64,000 nucleotides of DNA from the human T2T-CHM13v2.0 reference genome, Homo sapiens. Below the pieces are notes generated by a model that worked only from the letters and a program-made list of their open reading frames with translations, did no database searches and was not told the DNA's origin. The stretch's first letter is position 1, and every line of letters begins with the position of its first letter. This document shows positions 29,178 to 42,995 of this stretch, piece by piece. The stretch lies in NCBI RefSeq assembly GCF_009914755.1, contig NC_060934.1. One strand, given 5' to 3'. A program made the translations under genes and the position numbers.

Positions 29178-29471
29178 TAAAAACTTTCGTTGAAAGAATG
29201 ATAAGATGAGTTACAGAGTGTAAGAAAATATTTGCAGATCATATATCCAACAAAGCACTAATATCTAGAATATATAAAGAAGCTTCAAAACTAACAATTA
29301 AAAAAATCGAATTAGAAAATGCACAAAAGACACAAAGACAAAGTGGATATACAGATGGAAAATAAGCCCATGAAATATTTTACATCATTAGCCTTTAGGG
29401 AAATGCAAATTAAAAACACAATGAGATACCACCAATATACCTACATTAATAGCTAAAATAAAAAATAGTAA

Positions 29472-30000
<529 letters not shown>

Positions 30001-31901
30001 TCACAAATATTTATAGCAATTTATTTACAACAGTTAAAAACTGGAAACAACTAGATGTCCTTCAGCAGGTAGATGGTTAAACAATTGGGTACTATTAATA
30101 TATATCCATACTATGGAATACTACTCAGCAGTAAGAAGAAACTATAGATAAATACATCAAACAGATGAATATCCAGAGAATGATGCTAGTGAGAAAAAGC
30201 CAGTTCCAAAAGACTGGCTTACACACTATCAGATACACACTATCTGATTCAATTTACATAATATTCTCAAAAATGACAGAATTATAGATGTGGAGCACAG
30301 AGTCGTGGTATCCAGGGTCTAAGGAGGGGTGGAGATAGGAGAGAAAGTGGGTATGACTATAAATAGACCACATGAGGAATCCTTGCGGCAGTGGAATGCC
30401 CTGTAGCTTGGCTGTTCTGATGTCAATATCCTGGTGGTGATATTGTACTGTAATTCATGGTACCATGGATATACCAGGATTTGTTTAACCACTGAAAGCA
30501 ACTGGGTAAAGAGCACATGGGGTCTCTGTGTAATATTTCTAGCAACTGCATGAGAATCTACAGTGATCTCAAAATAAAACTTTGATTTCAAAAAGAAAAA
30601 AATGTTTTTAATCCAAATATTTTTAATCCTAAAGGCATATGGAAACAGAAAATAAATAAATACTACGTTAATTCTTTTCACTACAAACGGTCTTTCATAA
30701 ACTCTTCAGAGTTTTTCTGAATGGAGAATTGTAATTCTAACTAAAAGATCTACTACTTATCCTGAATGTGGAGTCAAGGTAGAGTTATCACCATCCCAAT
30801 AAACTGCACATTTCACCTCTGCCTACGCCAAGGATCAATCAGTGTGTCATCTCCAAAACTCTACATCAGCTTATGGCCTGAAGCAGCCTGGCTTACGACA
30901 TAATCATTTCACTATTGGTCACTAAAATAATCTAATTACATTCCATGAAAATGTAACTGGAAACAAGACATTGTTTGACAGTGTTTGTTGAAAACCTTTA
31001 TCACAATATTACCCAGAGGGAAGTGGGAAGAAACAGTTTCCAAACAACTCAGTTTCCAAACCTGAACTCAGTAATAACCCCTTCTCTTTCACTTACATCT
31101 AAATATCTGATCCAGGTCTTAGACAAACTGTATGTGTGTGCTCACGAGCCGCAGCACACAGGAAGAGGAGCCCCACCATACTCTCTGCTGATGATGAGGT
31201 TTACTATTGAGAACCAGGAGGGACCTTCAGAGGCAGCCAGCCTTGTGGGCTCACCATACTCAGAAAGAAGAGTGAACACTAATTTAGCTGGTGTGGCCCT
31301 ACTGCTCTAGTCAGACTTCCCACAACATTCTATTCAGTGAATCCATGGACTCCATGACATCACTCAGGGAACATTTGGAGTCCCCATAGCCTGTCAGTCT
31401 CAGCCAGAGACAAAAATCCAAAATTCTACTCAGCTAGCCAGTGGATGCAACCAAAGCTTCAAGCTCCAGATATCAGAGCTTCTACATTCTGTGGATCTAA
31501 AGCCTTGATCACCACCCTAGGACTTGAGCAGCCCCTGGAGTTAACGTCAGTGTTCTTTCCTCAGGAGCCATCTTTCATCTGCCTGGAGACCTGCTTCCAT
31601 GCAGAGTAGGACAGCTCTCCATTTGGAGATGACTCCATCGAGCTTTGTAATTTCCATAACAGGAAATTAGACCAAAGACAATGAAGGCCTTAATGGGTAG
31701 GCTGCCCCCACTGTGTCCGGAGTCACTGAGAACTAGGCATGGCAGGTGTTAGCATGCCCCTACCAGATGGAAGGGTGCTGTCCTGTGGTGATAATGTTAG
31801 GCCCCCATGCCCCAGTGCCCAACCAAGCCAGCGCCTTGCTCCTGGTCATCACCACCAAATAGATCCAGTCGCTAAGACTGGGTTTCTGCTCTGTCTCTAA
31901 T

Positions 31902-31929
31902 TTTCTATTCTAGTTAACTAGAATAGAAA
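31902..31929. repeat. Perfect 28-bp palindrome
   Basis: tttctattctagtt|aactagaatagaaa, no spacer. Confidence 0.97.
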
Positions 31930-32942
31930 TAGAATAGGCTGTAACCCTATTCTTCTGGCCTGTCCCCGCCTCCTTTTCTCCAAGGGCTGAAACCTAATTC
32001 CTTTATCTCCCAGCTACTGACAAGATGTTATCACTCACCTGACTTTGGGTTTTGCCAATTCTCAAAGATTCAAAGAGGCCATAAGATAGAAACTCTTGTG
32101 ATTTTTCTTCAAACAACCAGACCCACAAAAAAAAGGCAGAAAGAGAAAAAAGAATCTTGAATTAGACTCATCTTGGATAACCCTGGACAACAGGGATATT
32201 TAATTCAATTCAACTCAACAAAAACATCTCAAGTTTCCATGTGTGTCTGGCATTTTTTCAGCTTTTGGAATAGTAGAGATTAATACAACACAGCTCTTGC
32301 CTGCCCCAAGTGTGTTGCTAATTGGGAAAACATACATATAAACATAACTCCTTAATTTAATATAGCACATAATGTGGCTGGAGGGTTTCATAAAATATGA
32401 ATTTTTGTTTCATCAAGAGTAGTGTATGGGTCCCACAGAGGAGGACAAAGGGAAAGCAGGGGAGAAAGGACTGGGCAAGAGCCAAAAGAGGGAGAAAGAG
32501 AGTCCCCAGCACTAAAAAGGACACATTAGATGGGGTTGTGTGAGCAGCAGGCACCTGCACTGCTCCGGGGGGTGGCAGGACCTCTGAGGGAGCTCCCTGG
32601 GGGTTGGCTGCAGGGAGACTGCCCGCAGGTCCCAGCAAAGAGCCCCACACGCAAGCCTCGGATGGGATCCTGGCACTGTCTGCTTACCAGGAGCCAGGCC
32701 AGACAAAGGGGAACCAAGGTGTGGAGCACTGGACAAGGAGTGAACCAAAGGTGGCCAGTTCGGCCATGAATAGAGTCCTCCCAGATGCCCTCCTCAAACT
32801 AAGTTCCCCTTCATAGACTTTTGGGATGAGTGGAACAAACCCCAATTGTAGAGATGAGGGAGATTTCTGCCAGCCCTGGCAGAGTGGGGCAGAGAACTGA
32901 TTATAATCGATTGCATAAAAATAAAGCTCTATGACTATTGTG

Positions 32943-32944
<2 letters not shown>

Positions 32945-32992
<48 letters not shown>
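32945..32992. repeat. (TG)24 microsatellite
   Basis: Seen directly. Confidence 0.97.
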
Positions 32993-32994
<2 letters not shown>

Positions 32995-32995
32995 G

Positions 32996-33304
32996 TTTTT
33001 TTTTTTTTTTTTTTGAGACAGTCTTGCTCTGTTGCCCAGGCTGGAGTGCGTTGGCACGATCTTGGCTCACCTCCCAAATTTTCCCACCTCTGCCTCCTGG
33101 GTTCAAGCAATTATCCTGCCTCAGCCTCCCGAGTAGCTGGGACTACAGGCATGCACCACCACACCCAGCTAATTTTTGTATTTTTAGTAGAGATGGGGTT
33201 TCACCATGTTGGCCAGGCTGGTCTCGAACTCCTGACCTCAGGTGATCCACTTGCCTCAGCCTCCCAAAGTGCTGGGATTACAGGTGTGAGCCACCACGCC
33301 TGGC
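32996..33304 (-). mobile_element. AluSx-like
   Basis: Full antisense dimer, 'gacctcaggtgatcc', TSD 'tgtgaag'. Confidence 0.95.
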
Positions 33305-35189
33305 TGTGAAGATTTAAAACCACTCTACAGTGATAAGCACAGGGTATAGAAGAAATATGGTGGAGGGCACCAGACCCAGATGTGGACTCCTATGAAATCT
33401 GCATGGAGAAGCTGATGGGAAGACTGAGTCTTGAAGCATGAGTTAGAGAGAATCTGGTAAGGAAGGGGCATAGAGGGAGATCCAAGTGAGATGACGTGTG
33501 TGGGGGTGGGGGAGACTGAAGGGAAATCTCAACAGAGGGCCCCCCTCCAACGGATCTGCCTCTGGATCCACCTCCACAATGCTCTTAGGTTTGGCACACT
33601 GCTGCTTCCTACCTTCTATTTGCAAGCAGCCCGTGATACCTGGCAACATGTTTGCATGGCCCACTCTGACCCTCTGTCTCTTGCTCAGGAAATACCCTAG
33701 AACCACAACCATAAGAGCATCTCATTTACTTTGCAGCTAATTTAGGATTCATAATCTTTCATCAATATTAGGATGATAGAACATTTGAACTGAAGATTTA
33801 ACAACTTTGTTCAAAATTGTTCTTTTGCAGATGGCGAAATTTATTTAAGACCAGAAATGAGAAATAACCTGTCACTTGTCATGCATCCAGAAAGGGGTGG
33901 AGTTGAAATCTGCATCCATGTCTCCTGATGGCTAATCCTTTGCTGGAGGGTCAGCAGCTGCTTTGTAGAACTGCAAGGGGCAATATTCAGCTTGTGTTCT
34001 ATGAGGTTGGCTCCCCAGGTGCCCCTCAGAGTTGTGTGATGCCAAGCCCTGAGGCCATGCTGCACTGCCCCCAACAAAGGGCAGCCGACACTGGCCAGAT
34101 GCTCACAGCTTCACCAGCTTCACAGCTTCACCTGGGCATCAGCTTCTCTGCAGTGTCCATGCCCAACACATTGGGAGTTAGCAATGGTGTGAAGAAATGG
34201 CAGGAAATTGTACCAGGCGTTCCCACCTTCGGGCATGAAAGGGCCCAGTGTCAGGGAAAAGCATAGTGCCTTCTTCTGCCACAGAAATGAGCTAGGCAGG
34301 GAGAGGAATCAGAGATGACTCTGTTTCCCTTCTTGTTCTATCAACCACCTCCCAAATTATCCCACCTCCAATTCTCTGCCACTGCCATCAAGAAGCCAAA
34401 AGACAAGCATTTGAAGGAGATGTCCCAGGACGTAAGTGGAGGGCAGAAAATGTGCTCTTGTCACTGGAGCAGCAGAGGCCAAGGAGATCCTTTAACTCCC
34501 CTCACCCTGGACACCAGCCTCCAGCCCCAGGTGGCATGCATCCTGAGGGTGCAGTGGTGGGCTGAAGAACTGTCTTTAAAAACGCACTTTTCCTAGGAAG
34601 GGGGAACTTGAGAAGCTCAGAGCATTGGAAAGTAATGAAAGCCTTCTTGATGGAGAAGCTAATAAAAAGGAGAGACCCACGGACAGCATGGAGGGGGCCA
34701 GGCCCAGAGCCCAGGCAGGCAAGAGCTTTCCAGCCAAGGGTGACTCCCAACTGGCTGGAGAAGGGAACTTTGTGACAACTGGCTTGTGTTTGGGCTAGAG
34801 CCACTCGGAGGAGTCTTCAAAGAAAAGTAAAAAGTGGGAGAGCCAGCCGACTGGAGATTTCTGGAAATGGGACTTTCAGATACTCCCCAATTCAGATTTT
34901 TATGTACTGGACTAGTTTTACGCTAAAGTTACTCAAAACAACAACAAAAAAGACAGAGAGGGAGAGAGAGGGAGAAGTTAGACTATCCTGCCCCTTCTTA
35001 GATGGTTACAATTTCCTGTTCTAACCTAGTGTGCAGGTTCAACTGGGAGGTGAGTGAACTTTAGGGAGCAGGACTGGCAGAGCAGGGCTCCACGAAGCCA
35101 GGGCCTCACAGCACTGCCACACGCCATGGCCCGGGCCTGTGGCCTCCTTAGAGGTGGAAGGGGCTTGGAAGGCGGTAGTATCAAAGCTT

Positions 35190-35675
35190 GTACACAAGGA
35201 TTATTTGACACTTCTTCTGTCCAAAAGTGGAGTCTACTCCCCCTCTCAACTATGGGCCAGTCTTAGTGACTTGCTCCTAACTAATAGAATGCATCACAAG
35301 TAGTTTGCAAGACTAGATCATAAAAGGTGATAGATGATGCACTTTCCATATGATGTTCTCCCGCCTCCCCTCCCTCTCCCTCTCACTCTCTCCATCAAGA
35401 TCTCTCCCTCTCTATGGGGATGCTGGCACTGGGAACCCAGCCACCATCTTGTGAGGAAGCCAGATCACCCCTTGAAAAAGCCACACAGCCACACATAGGC
35501 ATGAGGGAGACTTCAGATGACTGCAGCCCCAGCCCGTGACTGGGAGCTGCCCCAGATGGTGCCAAGTGGGACAGAGATGAGCCGCCTCTACCTGCATTGC
35601 AGATTCCCAAGCAAATTAAATGTTGTTATTGATCTCAGCTACCATGTTTTGGGGGAATGTTTTATTACATATTAG
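35190..35675 (+). mobile_element. MLT1F/G/H-type MaLR LTR
   Basis: 'tttgacacttct...gtggagtcta...ttagtgacttgct...aatagaatg...gaacccagccaccat.ttgtgaggaagcc'. Confidence 0.75.
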
Positions 35676-35835
35676 TCAATGACCTTACTAGAAAGCTTCT
35701 TGCTCAAGCTTTTTCTTGGTATTTGGAAACTGAGACCTCAGAGCTCAGGAAGAACAACACACAGTGAAGGCTGCTCTGAGGTGAGGTCGAGCTGCTGCTT
35801 AGACTCCAGCTTTTGGCCTCCCTTTTGGCCAACCT

Positions 35836-36488
35836 AGTGGTTGATTTTGAGTGTTAACTGGACTGGATTAAGGGATGCCCAGATAGCTGGTAAAGCATTA
35901 TTTATTTTCAGTTGCTGCATTAATTATTCTCAATGCTTCAGTAGGCAGTTTAACATTTGATGAAAGTAACTGGGTTGCCCCAGGTGTGTCTGTGAGTTTA
36001 TTTATAGAGGAGATTGGTGTGTGAGTCAGTGGACCCAGTGGGAAAGAACCACCCTCAATGTGGGTGGGCACCATCAAATCAGCTGGGGGCCCAGACGGAA
36101 CAAAAGGTGGAGGAAAGGGAATTCCTTGCTCATTCACTCTCTGCTGAAGTTGGGACACCCTTTTTCTCCTGCCTTGGACATCTTAACTCCAGTTTCTCCA
36201 GGCTTTGGACTCCGGGACTCACCCCAACTGCCCCTACACCCTGACTCTATGTTCTCAAGCCTCTGGCCTCAAGCTGAGCCATCAACTCCTCAGGTTTTGA
36301 GGCTTTGAGACTTGGACTGAGCCAAGCTGCCAGCTTCCCTGGGCCTCCAGCTTGTAGACAACCTGCCATGTGACTTAGCCTTTATAATCATATGAGCCAA
36401 TTCCGCTAATGAACTCTTCATATCTCTCTCTCTCTCTATTGCATATAGATTATATATGTATATATAAATACATATATATAAATACATC

Positions 36489-36521
<33 letters not shown>

Positions 36522-36553
36522 AGTCCTATCTCTGAAGAACCCTGACTAAAACA
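35836..36553 (+). mobile_element. MLT2B-type ERVL solo LTR with internal (TA)n
   Basis: 'actggattaagggatgcccagatagctggtaaagcattattt', 'caccctcaatgtgggtgggcaccatc', end 'gaaccctgactaaaaca'. Confidence 0.9.
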
Positions 36554-38249
36554 CCAGCCTGTGCCCCTCCCTCTGTCCCACAGGTGGACACATGGACTGT
36601 GTTTGCCACCTGAGTACTCCCAGCAGAGAGGGGAAAAGGAAGCAGCCCCATCCCACTGGGTGCTCCCCCACCAAAACAATCTTTATCTTCTCATGCAGAT
36701 GTCAGTCCCTGGGCTGGGTTGCTCCCCACACCCAGGATCCTGGGAATGGTACGTCTTGCATGTCACCTGCTCCTGTTTGTATGAAAGAGCCTGGACACCA
36801 GGCAGGGGTTGGGGGGACAACTACAATGCCCTTTGCAGGGCTCTACACACTGAGGCTGCAGCCCCACACAGAGGTGGGGAGAGCAAAGCTGTTCCCAGCC
36901 ATGGCGTAGCTGCCTGGACACACCAAGGGCCTTGTCTGAAGTCTGGGTAGCCCAGATCCTGGAGTTAACAGGAGAAACATGAGAGCAGCCTCTTTCACAG
37001 GCTCTCCTCCAGTCATAAATGTGCCATCCAGTTCCCCACAAATAAAGCACAGGCCATCTTACAGAGAACTTGTCATCAGAAGAAAGAAGTGCCGGACTCC
37101 TTGCTGGGCTCTGGGGAGCTCACTGCTGGGATGGATGGAGTAGAGTCTGCAGGCAGCAGCCTCACAAAGCCCAGAGGCAGGGTCACTAAGAGCCAGGAGA
37201 AAGGCCCCAGGCCCTGTGATGACTCCCATTCTTTAACGCATGTGCTTCATTGTGCATCTTGGATGGCAGCCCTGGCATCCAACAAGATCCAATCAGTCAG
37301 TAAAAACGTGCTCAGCAATTTCCGGGAGCCCAGGTGACTCTGGAATGCCTCGAGGAAATGAGACCCTTCCCCTGCAGTTCCTACCAAAGGAAAAAAAATC
37401 TGAACACATTGTGCAATGGGAGCTGAGGGCATGCTGCCCAGGTGGGGCAGGAAAATGACAGGAAGGCACAGAGGTGGGAGGAGAGGCAGGCCCGAAGGTG
37501 GAGCCTCAGGAGCTCAGTGAGAAGTTGTTGAGCTTCCTCAGTTAGCCCTGGTCTGGACCCACTGTTCTCCCACAGGCCCGATGCTCTTCCCCTGAAAAGA
37601 CGATCCCCAGATCTGATCCCACCACCTTTCCAGCACCCACCCTCTCTGTCCTACTGCACCATCCATGCACCTCCAGGTCAGAACAACTTAGAGCGAGGCA
37701 CAGGCACCCTCTTCTGGACACCCCTGCGAGCACCCACCTGACCCACCCCAGCTCCTTCTCACCCTAAGTGCACCTCCCCATCACCCTTACTTCATGAAAC
37801 TTCTGAATCTGTCTCCCACTCTGTGGTGGGATTTCAGGTCTAGCACAGAATAAGTTCTTCATAATCTCTGGGTGACAGGAGGCTCAGAGACCCATGGGAA
37901 GCTCCCGTTTGATAAAGTAAGACAGACCCACAGTCCTTTTCCGTGCAGGGCTCTATCAACATAATCAGGCTGTAAGTGAAGGCCACACACAAATGCTGTT
38001 GAGCCCAACAGAGGGAAAGAACACGTCTTAGGAGGCTTCAGGAAGACTTTCTGGAGGAAGGGGCATGGGGCACATTCCCTGCAGAATCTAGAAGATTGGA
38101 AGGGTTGAAAAACAAGAAGTGGAGAGGAGAGGAGGTTGCTAATCTAGGCAAATCAGTTCTAAGCAAGATAAGGTAGTGAGAGACCGAATGACATAATTCA
38201 ATCAGGGAAGAGCGCACTGCCCCCGGACGGGAAGAGAGGATTCTTGTCT

Positions 38250-38634
38250 GCCGCAGTGGGCTGGGGCTGCCATAACAAAGTACCACGGACTGGGCGGCCT
38301 AAGCAACAGAATTGCATCTGCTCCCAGTCTGTAGGCTGGAAGTCTGAGATCAGGGTGTCGGCAGGGCTGGCTTCGACCGAGGCCTCGCTACTTGGCTTGC
38401 AGATGCCATCTTCTCCCTGTGTCTTCAATGGTTTTCCTGTGTGCATGTCTGTGTCCTTATCTCCTCTTCTTACAAGGCCATGAGTCCTGTTGAATTAAGG
38501 CCCACCCTAATGGCCTCATTTTAGCTTAATTAACCTCTTAAAGATCTCATCTCCAAATACAGCCACATTCTGAGGTGTTAGGGATTAAGGCTTCAACATA
38601 GGAATTTGGGGGGCACACAATGCCCCCCATACCA
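38250..38634 (-). mobile_element. MLT1B-type MaLR solo LTR
   Basis: 'gggctgccataacaaagtaccac...ggctggaagtctgagatcagggtgtcggcaggg...cttcaacataggaatttgggggg'. Confidence 0.9.
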
Positions 38635-39304
38635 ATGCTGTCATGATGCCCCCGCACAGTGGGCCAAGGTGGATGGTAGGGGCCTGGAGAAGGGGCCACC
38701 CAGGGCAGGGAGAATGCAGCCGGGCCCAGGATGGGCCCAGGATGGCACACATGAAAAGCAGGCACAGGAGGGTGAGGCAGTGCCTCTGAGCAGCCCTGAG
38801 CCCCAGGCACACCAGCAGGGCCAGAGTACAGGGAAGGCTAGGAAGCATGTCCTGGGCCCAGCCTCGCATCCCACTCCTGCCGTGACCGCCAGCGTGGGGG
38901 AGGCTGACTCCGCCCAGGAGAGCTGCACCTTGTCTCTAGTTGGGCTCCCCAGAAGCAGACTCTGAGATGAGGACCCACACACAACTGAATCACTAAAGAT
39001 GTGCTTCCCAAAGACAAGTAGGGGCCTGGGTGAGGAGAGGAGGAAGACAGCTGGGTTGTGGCCTTGGACCAAGGGCCCTGTCTCCCACAGGCACAGACAG
39101 GGAAGGGGGTGCAAAATCCCCCAGGCACTTCTGCTCCTTGCAGGTAAAGCAGCTCCTATAACCCAGGAATCCTGCAAGGACCAGCCCAGGCCCCAGTGCC
39201 AGCACTGCCCTCAAGTGAGAGTGGGAGGGAAACAATAAGGAGAGATCTGAGGGGATCTCAGCCAAGCACCGAGATGATCTGAGACACACTTAAAGAGAGG
39301 CTAT

Positions 39305-39830
39305 ACCTGCATGGGTGCTTTCAGCAGCATAAAGCGAAAACGCAACCACAATGGCTTACACCACATGGACATTGATTAGTTTACAGAATAAGAAATCCGA
39401 GCTATGGTGGCTATGAGGTTGGCTCAAAGATGTCTTGAACAATTCAAGTTCGTTCCACTTCTTTGCATTAATCCTCCCAGCCTATTGACTTCATCCTTAA
39501 ACTTGTTGCTTCATGATTATAAAACAGTTGCCACAGTCCCAGGCATCACAGGCAGACATGAAGAGATTCAGCCAAAGCAGAAATGGGAGTTCTCACCCAC
39601 ACCCTTTTGAGAACATTCCAGGTAAACATCCCATCAAGCCTCAATAACCAAGTTAATGTACCTGCCCCTTAGTAAAGCAATCACTAGCCACAAAAACTGA
39701 ATGACCATGATTATTAGGCTGGGGTTAGCCCTTGAGCCTTCAGCCTTGGAGGGGCCCAGCATATATATATATATATATCAGCTAACAAGATGGGGGAGGG
39801 AATGGCCTTGGGCAGGATCTACCATAGAGG
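39305..39830 (-). mobile_element. MLT1J/K-type MaLR LTR
   Basis: 'atggctta...aataagaaatcc...gttgccacagtcccaggcatcaca...caatcactagc...gaatgaccatgatt'. Confidence 0.65.
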
Positions 39831-42569
39831 TAGTACCTTAAGCCAAAGAAAAGCAACTGCTCTGCTGAAATTCTCAACATCTGTGGACCTGGAGGTGAAT
39901 TTTTTATGGTCTTCAGGCCTTCCTTGTGATCCTGAACCAGCACTATGCATTTCTTTGGCAGCCTCTGCTTCCTTGCCAGGCCCATTCAGCCTAGGCTCAC
40001 AGACCTTCTCTGTCCCCACCTTCACTCCCTGTGCACACAGTGCCCTCTCCTGCACAGCAGTTGCCAAAGCCTGGCACATCAGCTCATGGTGCCTCTAGTG
40101 TCCACACACACTGTAGCAAGCACACATCCAGCCCCATTTTCCCAGCTTTGTACCTCATGTCAGCACCTCACCCAGAGCCAGGGGGTGGGGTTAGGTGGGG
40201 ACCAGAGGGGCCCAGGGAGCTGGACAGCCTGCCCCAGCCATTCCCACACTCCATGCATGGCCTCTGCCACCTGATCTTTTCAAAGCAGCTTGTAAAGAGT
40301 GAAGAGGAGTTGGGGGTTCCCTGGAGATGCCTCCTCTGGCAGCACAAAGGGTTTCTGAAGACTCCAGCTGGAGGACAGCATGGGCTGGCAAGAGGCTGTC
40401 TAATGCTTTCCCCAGCCCCTTCCTCAGCTGGGGTTTCTGATTCATAGCATTGGACCTGCTCTCTGACTCCTCTCCTCATGGCTCCAGGAGGGCCCCTGGC
40501 ATCAGTGTGCCCCTGAGCACTAGACTCTCCCCTCCAAAGGCAGTGAGGGCACCGCCCAGTTCTCCCCAGGAGCTGGCATCAAGTTAAGGTGGCAGCTTCC
40601 CACGGCACCCTAAGAAAGTCCACAGTCACCAAGTGTTGAGGGCTGGCCTCATGGGGGTGGTGGGACAGGGTGTCCTGGGGCTGGACTTGGCCAATTTAAG
40701 GCTTGCTGCCCACTCTGGGTCTTTGGACGAGCTCTTCCCCAGGGCCAGCGGAAGCCCCGTGAAGGAACACAGTTTTGCTCTGCTGTGCACTGCTGCCTGC
40801 TGCTCAGGTCCCTAACATCAGGACTCCCACCTCCTCTGCATGCCCACTGCCTCTCTGTGGTTTGCTGTCAGCTCAGACCAGGGGACAGAGAGCAACCGTC
40901 TTTCCATTATGTCAAGCTTTGCACTGGCTCAGTACATCTGGGCAGCCAGCTGGCTGTGCTTCCAGGGCTGCAGCACTTCAGGTAAGCTCTCTGCGCAGCT
41001 CAAATGCCCAACTCTCCGTGAAATTTTTGCCTTTTTAATTTAAATCCTTGCTTTGTCACTTAAACTTAATGGCACTGTGATAGCAGGCAGGGGTGGGGAG
41101 GGGCAGCCTGGACAGAGCACCGAGGTGGCTCAAGTCATTCATTCCTGAGTTTACTTCTAGGTGTCCTGGGACTCACAGCAACCCACAGAGCTGGGAGAGG
41201 CATGAGACCCTGCTAACAGATAAGGAAGTCAAAGTCAGAAAAGAGAGACCACTTGTTTAAGTCTCATACCAAAGTGAAAGACTTCTCCAGTTAAATCATA
41301 TGACTCCAAAGTTGGATTTTATCAGGCTTGGTGTACCCACCTGGAGAGTAAGAGAATAAAGGTGGTTTCTTTTAAAATGCTTTTGTGCAATCTCTCTCTC
41401 TCTCTTTCTCTCTCCATTTCTCTCCTTGAATCTAAATGCTACAGCTGAAAGCACAGAACTCTTCCCCAGTCTACCCCTTCCCTCCCTCCAGTGTGGATCC
41501 TGCAGGAAAGCCAAGATCTACAGACAGGAATCTCCTGTGGAGGGAGAGAGCAGGTCCCGGTGGCCCCAGGAGTCCACCTGCTTTGGGAAACTTTCCTGTG
41601 TCACTCAGGGCATCCACCCAGAAAAGGCGGGAGAGGGAGCTGGAGCCGGGTCACCAGCAGCCACCTGCCCAGAATGAGGAGGGTGACCAGAAACCAGGAG
41701 TTCTGGGCCTGAGGGTACAGAAAATAGGAAGGAGCTGCTCAGCTCCCCACCCATGGGGGCCTGCAGGAGGGGAGAAGAGGGAGAGAGGGCCAGAGCCCCC
41801 AGCGCTGCAGCTGCCGCCACAATAGAGGCATTGAAGCTGGTGCGGCAGAAGCGTGCAGGGGCTGGAAGAGGAGTGCAGAGGGGAGGGGCTGCCAGGAGAG
41901 CCCCAGATGAGAGGGTCTGACGTCCTCCTGACCTTTAAGTCTGGCCTCAGTGCCAAGAAGGAGGGCAGACTGGACCGCAAACAGCCCCCTGGGCTCATGC
42001 CTGCATCTCATTATCTGCCCTGCCCCCAGAGGCATCAAATGCCTGGTTGTTCTCAGATTCCCCACCCTGCTGCCTGTCGCATCCTTTGCTGAAAGATGTG
42101 CTGTAGGCGCCATGAAAGAAGGGACAGGGCCTGAGCAGAGGCCCCACTCCATGCTTGCTCCTATACTCTTCCTCACTCCCCGGGTCCCCTGGTAAGCAGA
42201 TGTCTCTGGAGGCTGGAGACCTGGATCCTATCCTTTCCTCTCCCTGATGGGGTAATGGGGCTTGCTCCAGGGAGAGGAAAGGAGAGGACCCAGGTATCCC
42301 TAGGGAGAGGCCTAGAGAGGACCTCATCCAGCACTGGGCTTTGTTGTGAGTCCCCAGTGTGGTTCCCATGCGTTTACACCAGTCTCGGCCCTGGCTCTGC
42401 ATCTCACTTGCTGTGGGCCCCCAGAAGTTCCTTTGCCCTCAGACCTACAAACTATCTCTTGTACAACAAGGAGGTTGAAACACAGGATCCCAGGACCAGT
42501 ATGTAATCCATTGAGTTGATTTTGCCATTGGTTGAACAGATACTCTGGCGGGAGCAGGTTACACTTTTA

Positions 42570-42995
42570 GCTTCTTAAACATCTCTCAAATCTGTTCACT
42601 CTTTCCATCTCCACCCTCACTGCCTTATTCCTGTGTGCCACCATCCTTGCCTGGACCAATATTCTCCAGGCCTCCAGATCTGGAGGCCTCCATCCAACTC
42701 ATCTACTTAATAGTGAAATGCAAACCTGATTGTATTACTCGCCTCCTAAAATCCCTTCAAACACTTCACATTGCTTTTGAGCTAAAGATGCAAATCCTTC
42801 ACATGGCCCAGAAGGCCTTACATGGCCCAGCCTCACCTCTCAGCCTCCTATTCCCTTCTTTGCTTCCCTGCTCTCCATCAGACAACAAAGGGCAAGGTTG
42901 GGAGCCATGTCTTGTTCTGTTCATCAAGCTGTCTCCAGCGTGTGGTGTCATTCCAGGTTCAGCCAGCAGAATTAAGTGGACAAATGAATGATGAA
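42570..42995 (+). mobile_element. L2 3' fragment
   Basis: 'aacatctctcaaatctgttcact...aaatgcaaacctgat...aaatccttcacatggccc...aatgaatga'. Confidence 0.75.

Larger units (their letters stand above)
32372..33328 (+). mobile_element. Probable ancient mammalian Gypsy-type LTR (LTR85/MamGypLTR-like)
   Basis: TG...CA bounded block inside L2; 3' part 'ggcagagtggggc...aaaataaagctctatgactattgtgca...ctctaca'. Confidence 0.45.
32200..33480 (-). mobile_element. L2 fragment (32200-32370 and 33329-33480) split by an LTR and an Alu
   Basis: 'caactcaacaaaaacat...atgtgtgtctggca' resumes as 'aagcacagggtat...ctgagtcttgaagcatgagt'. Confidence 0.6.
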
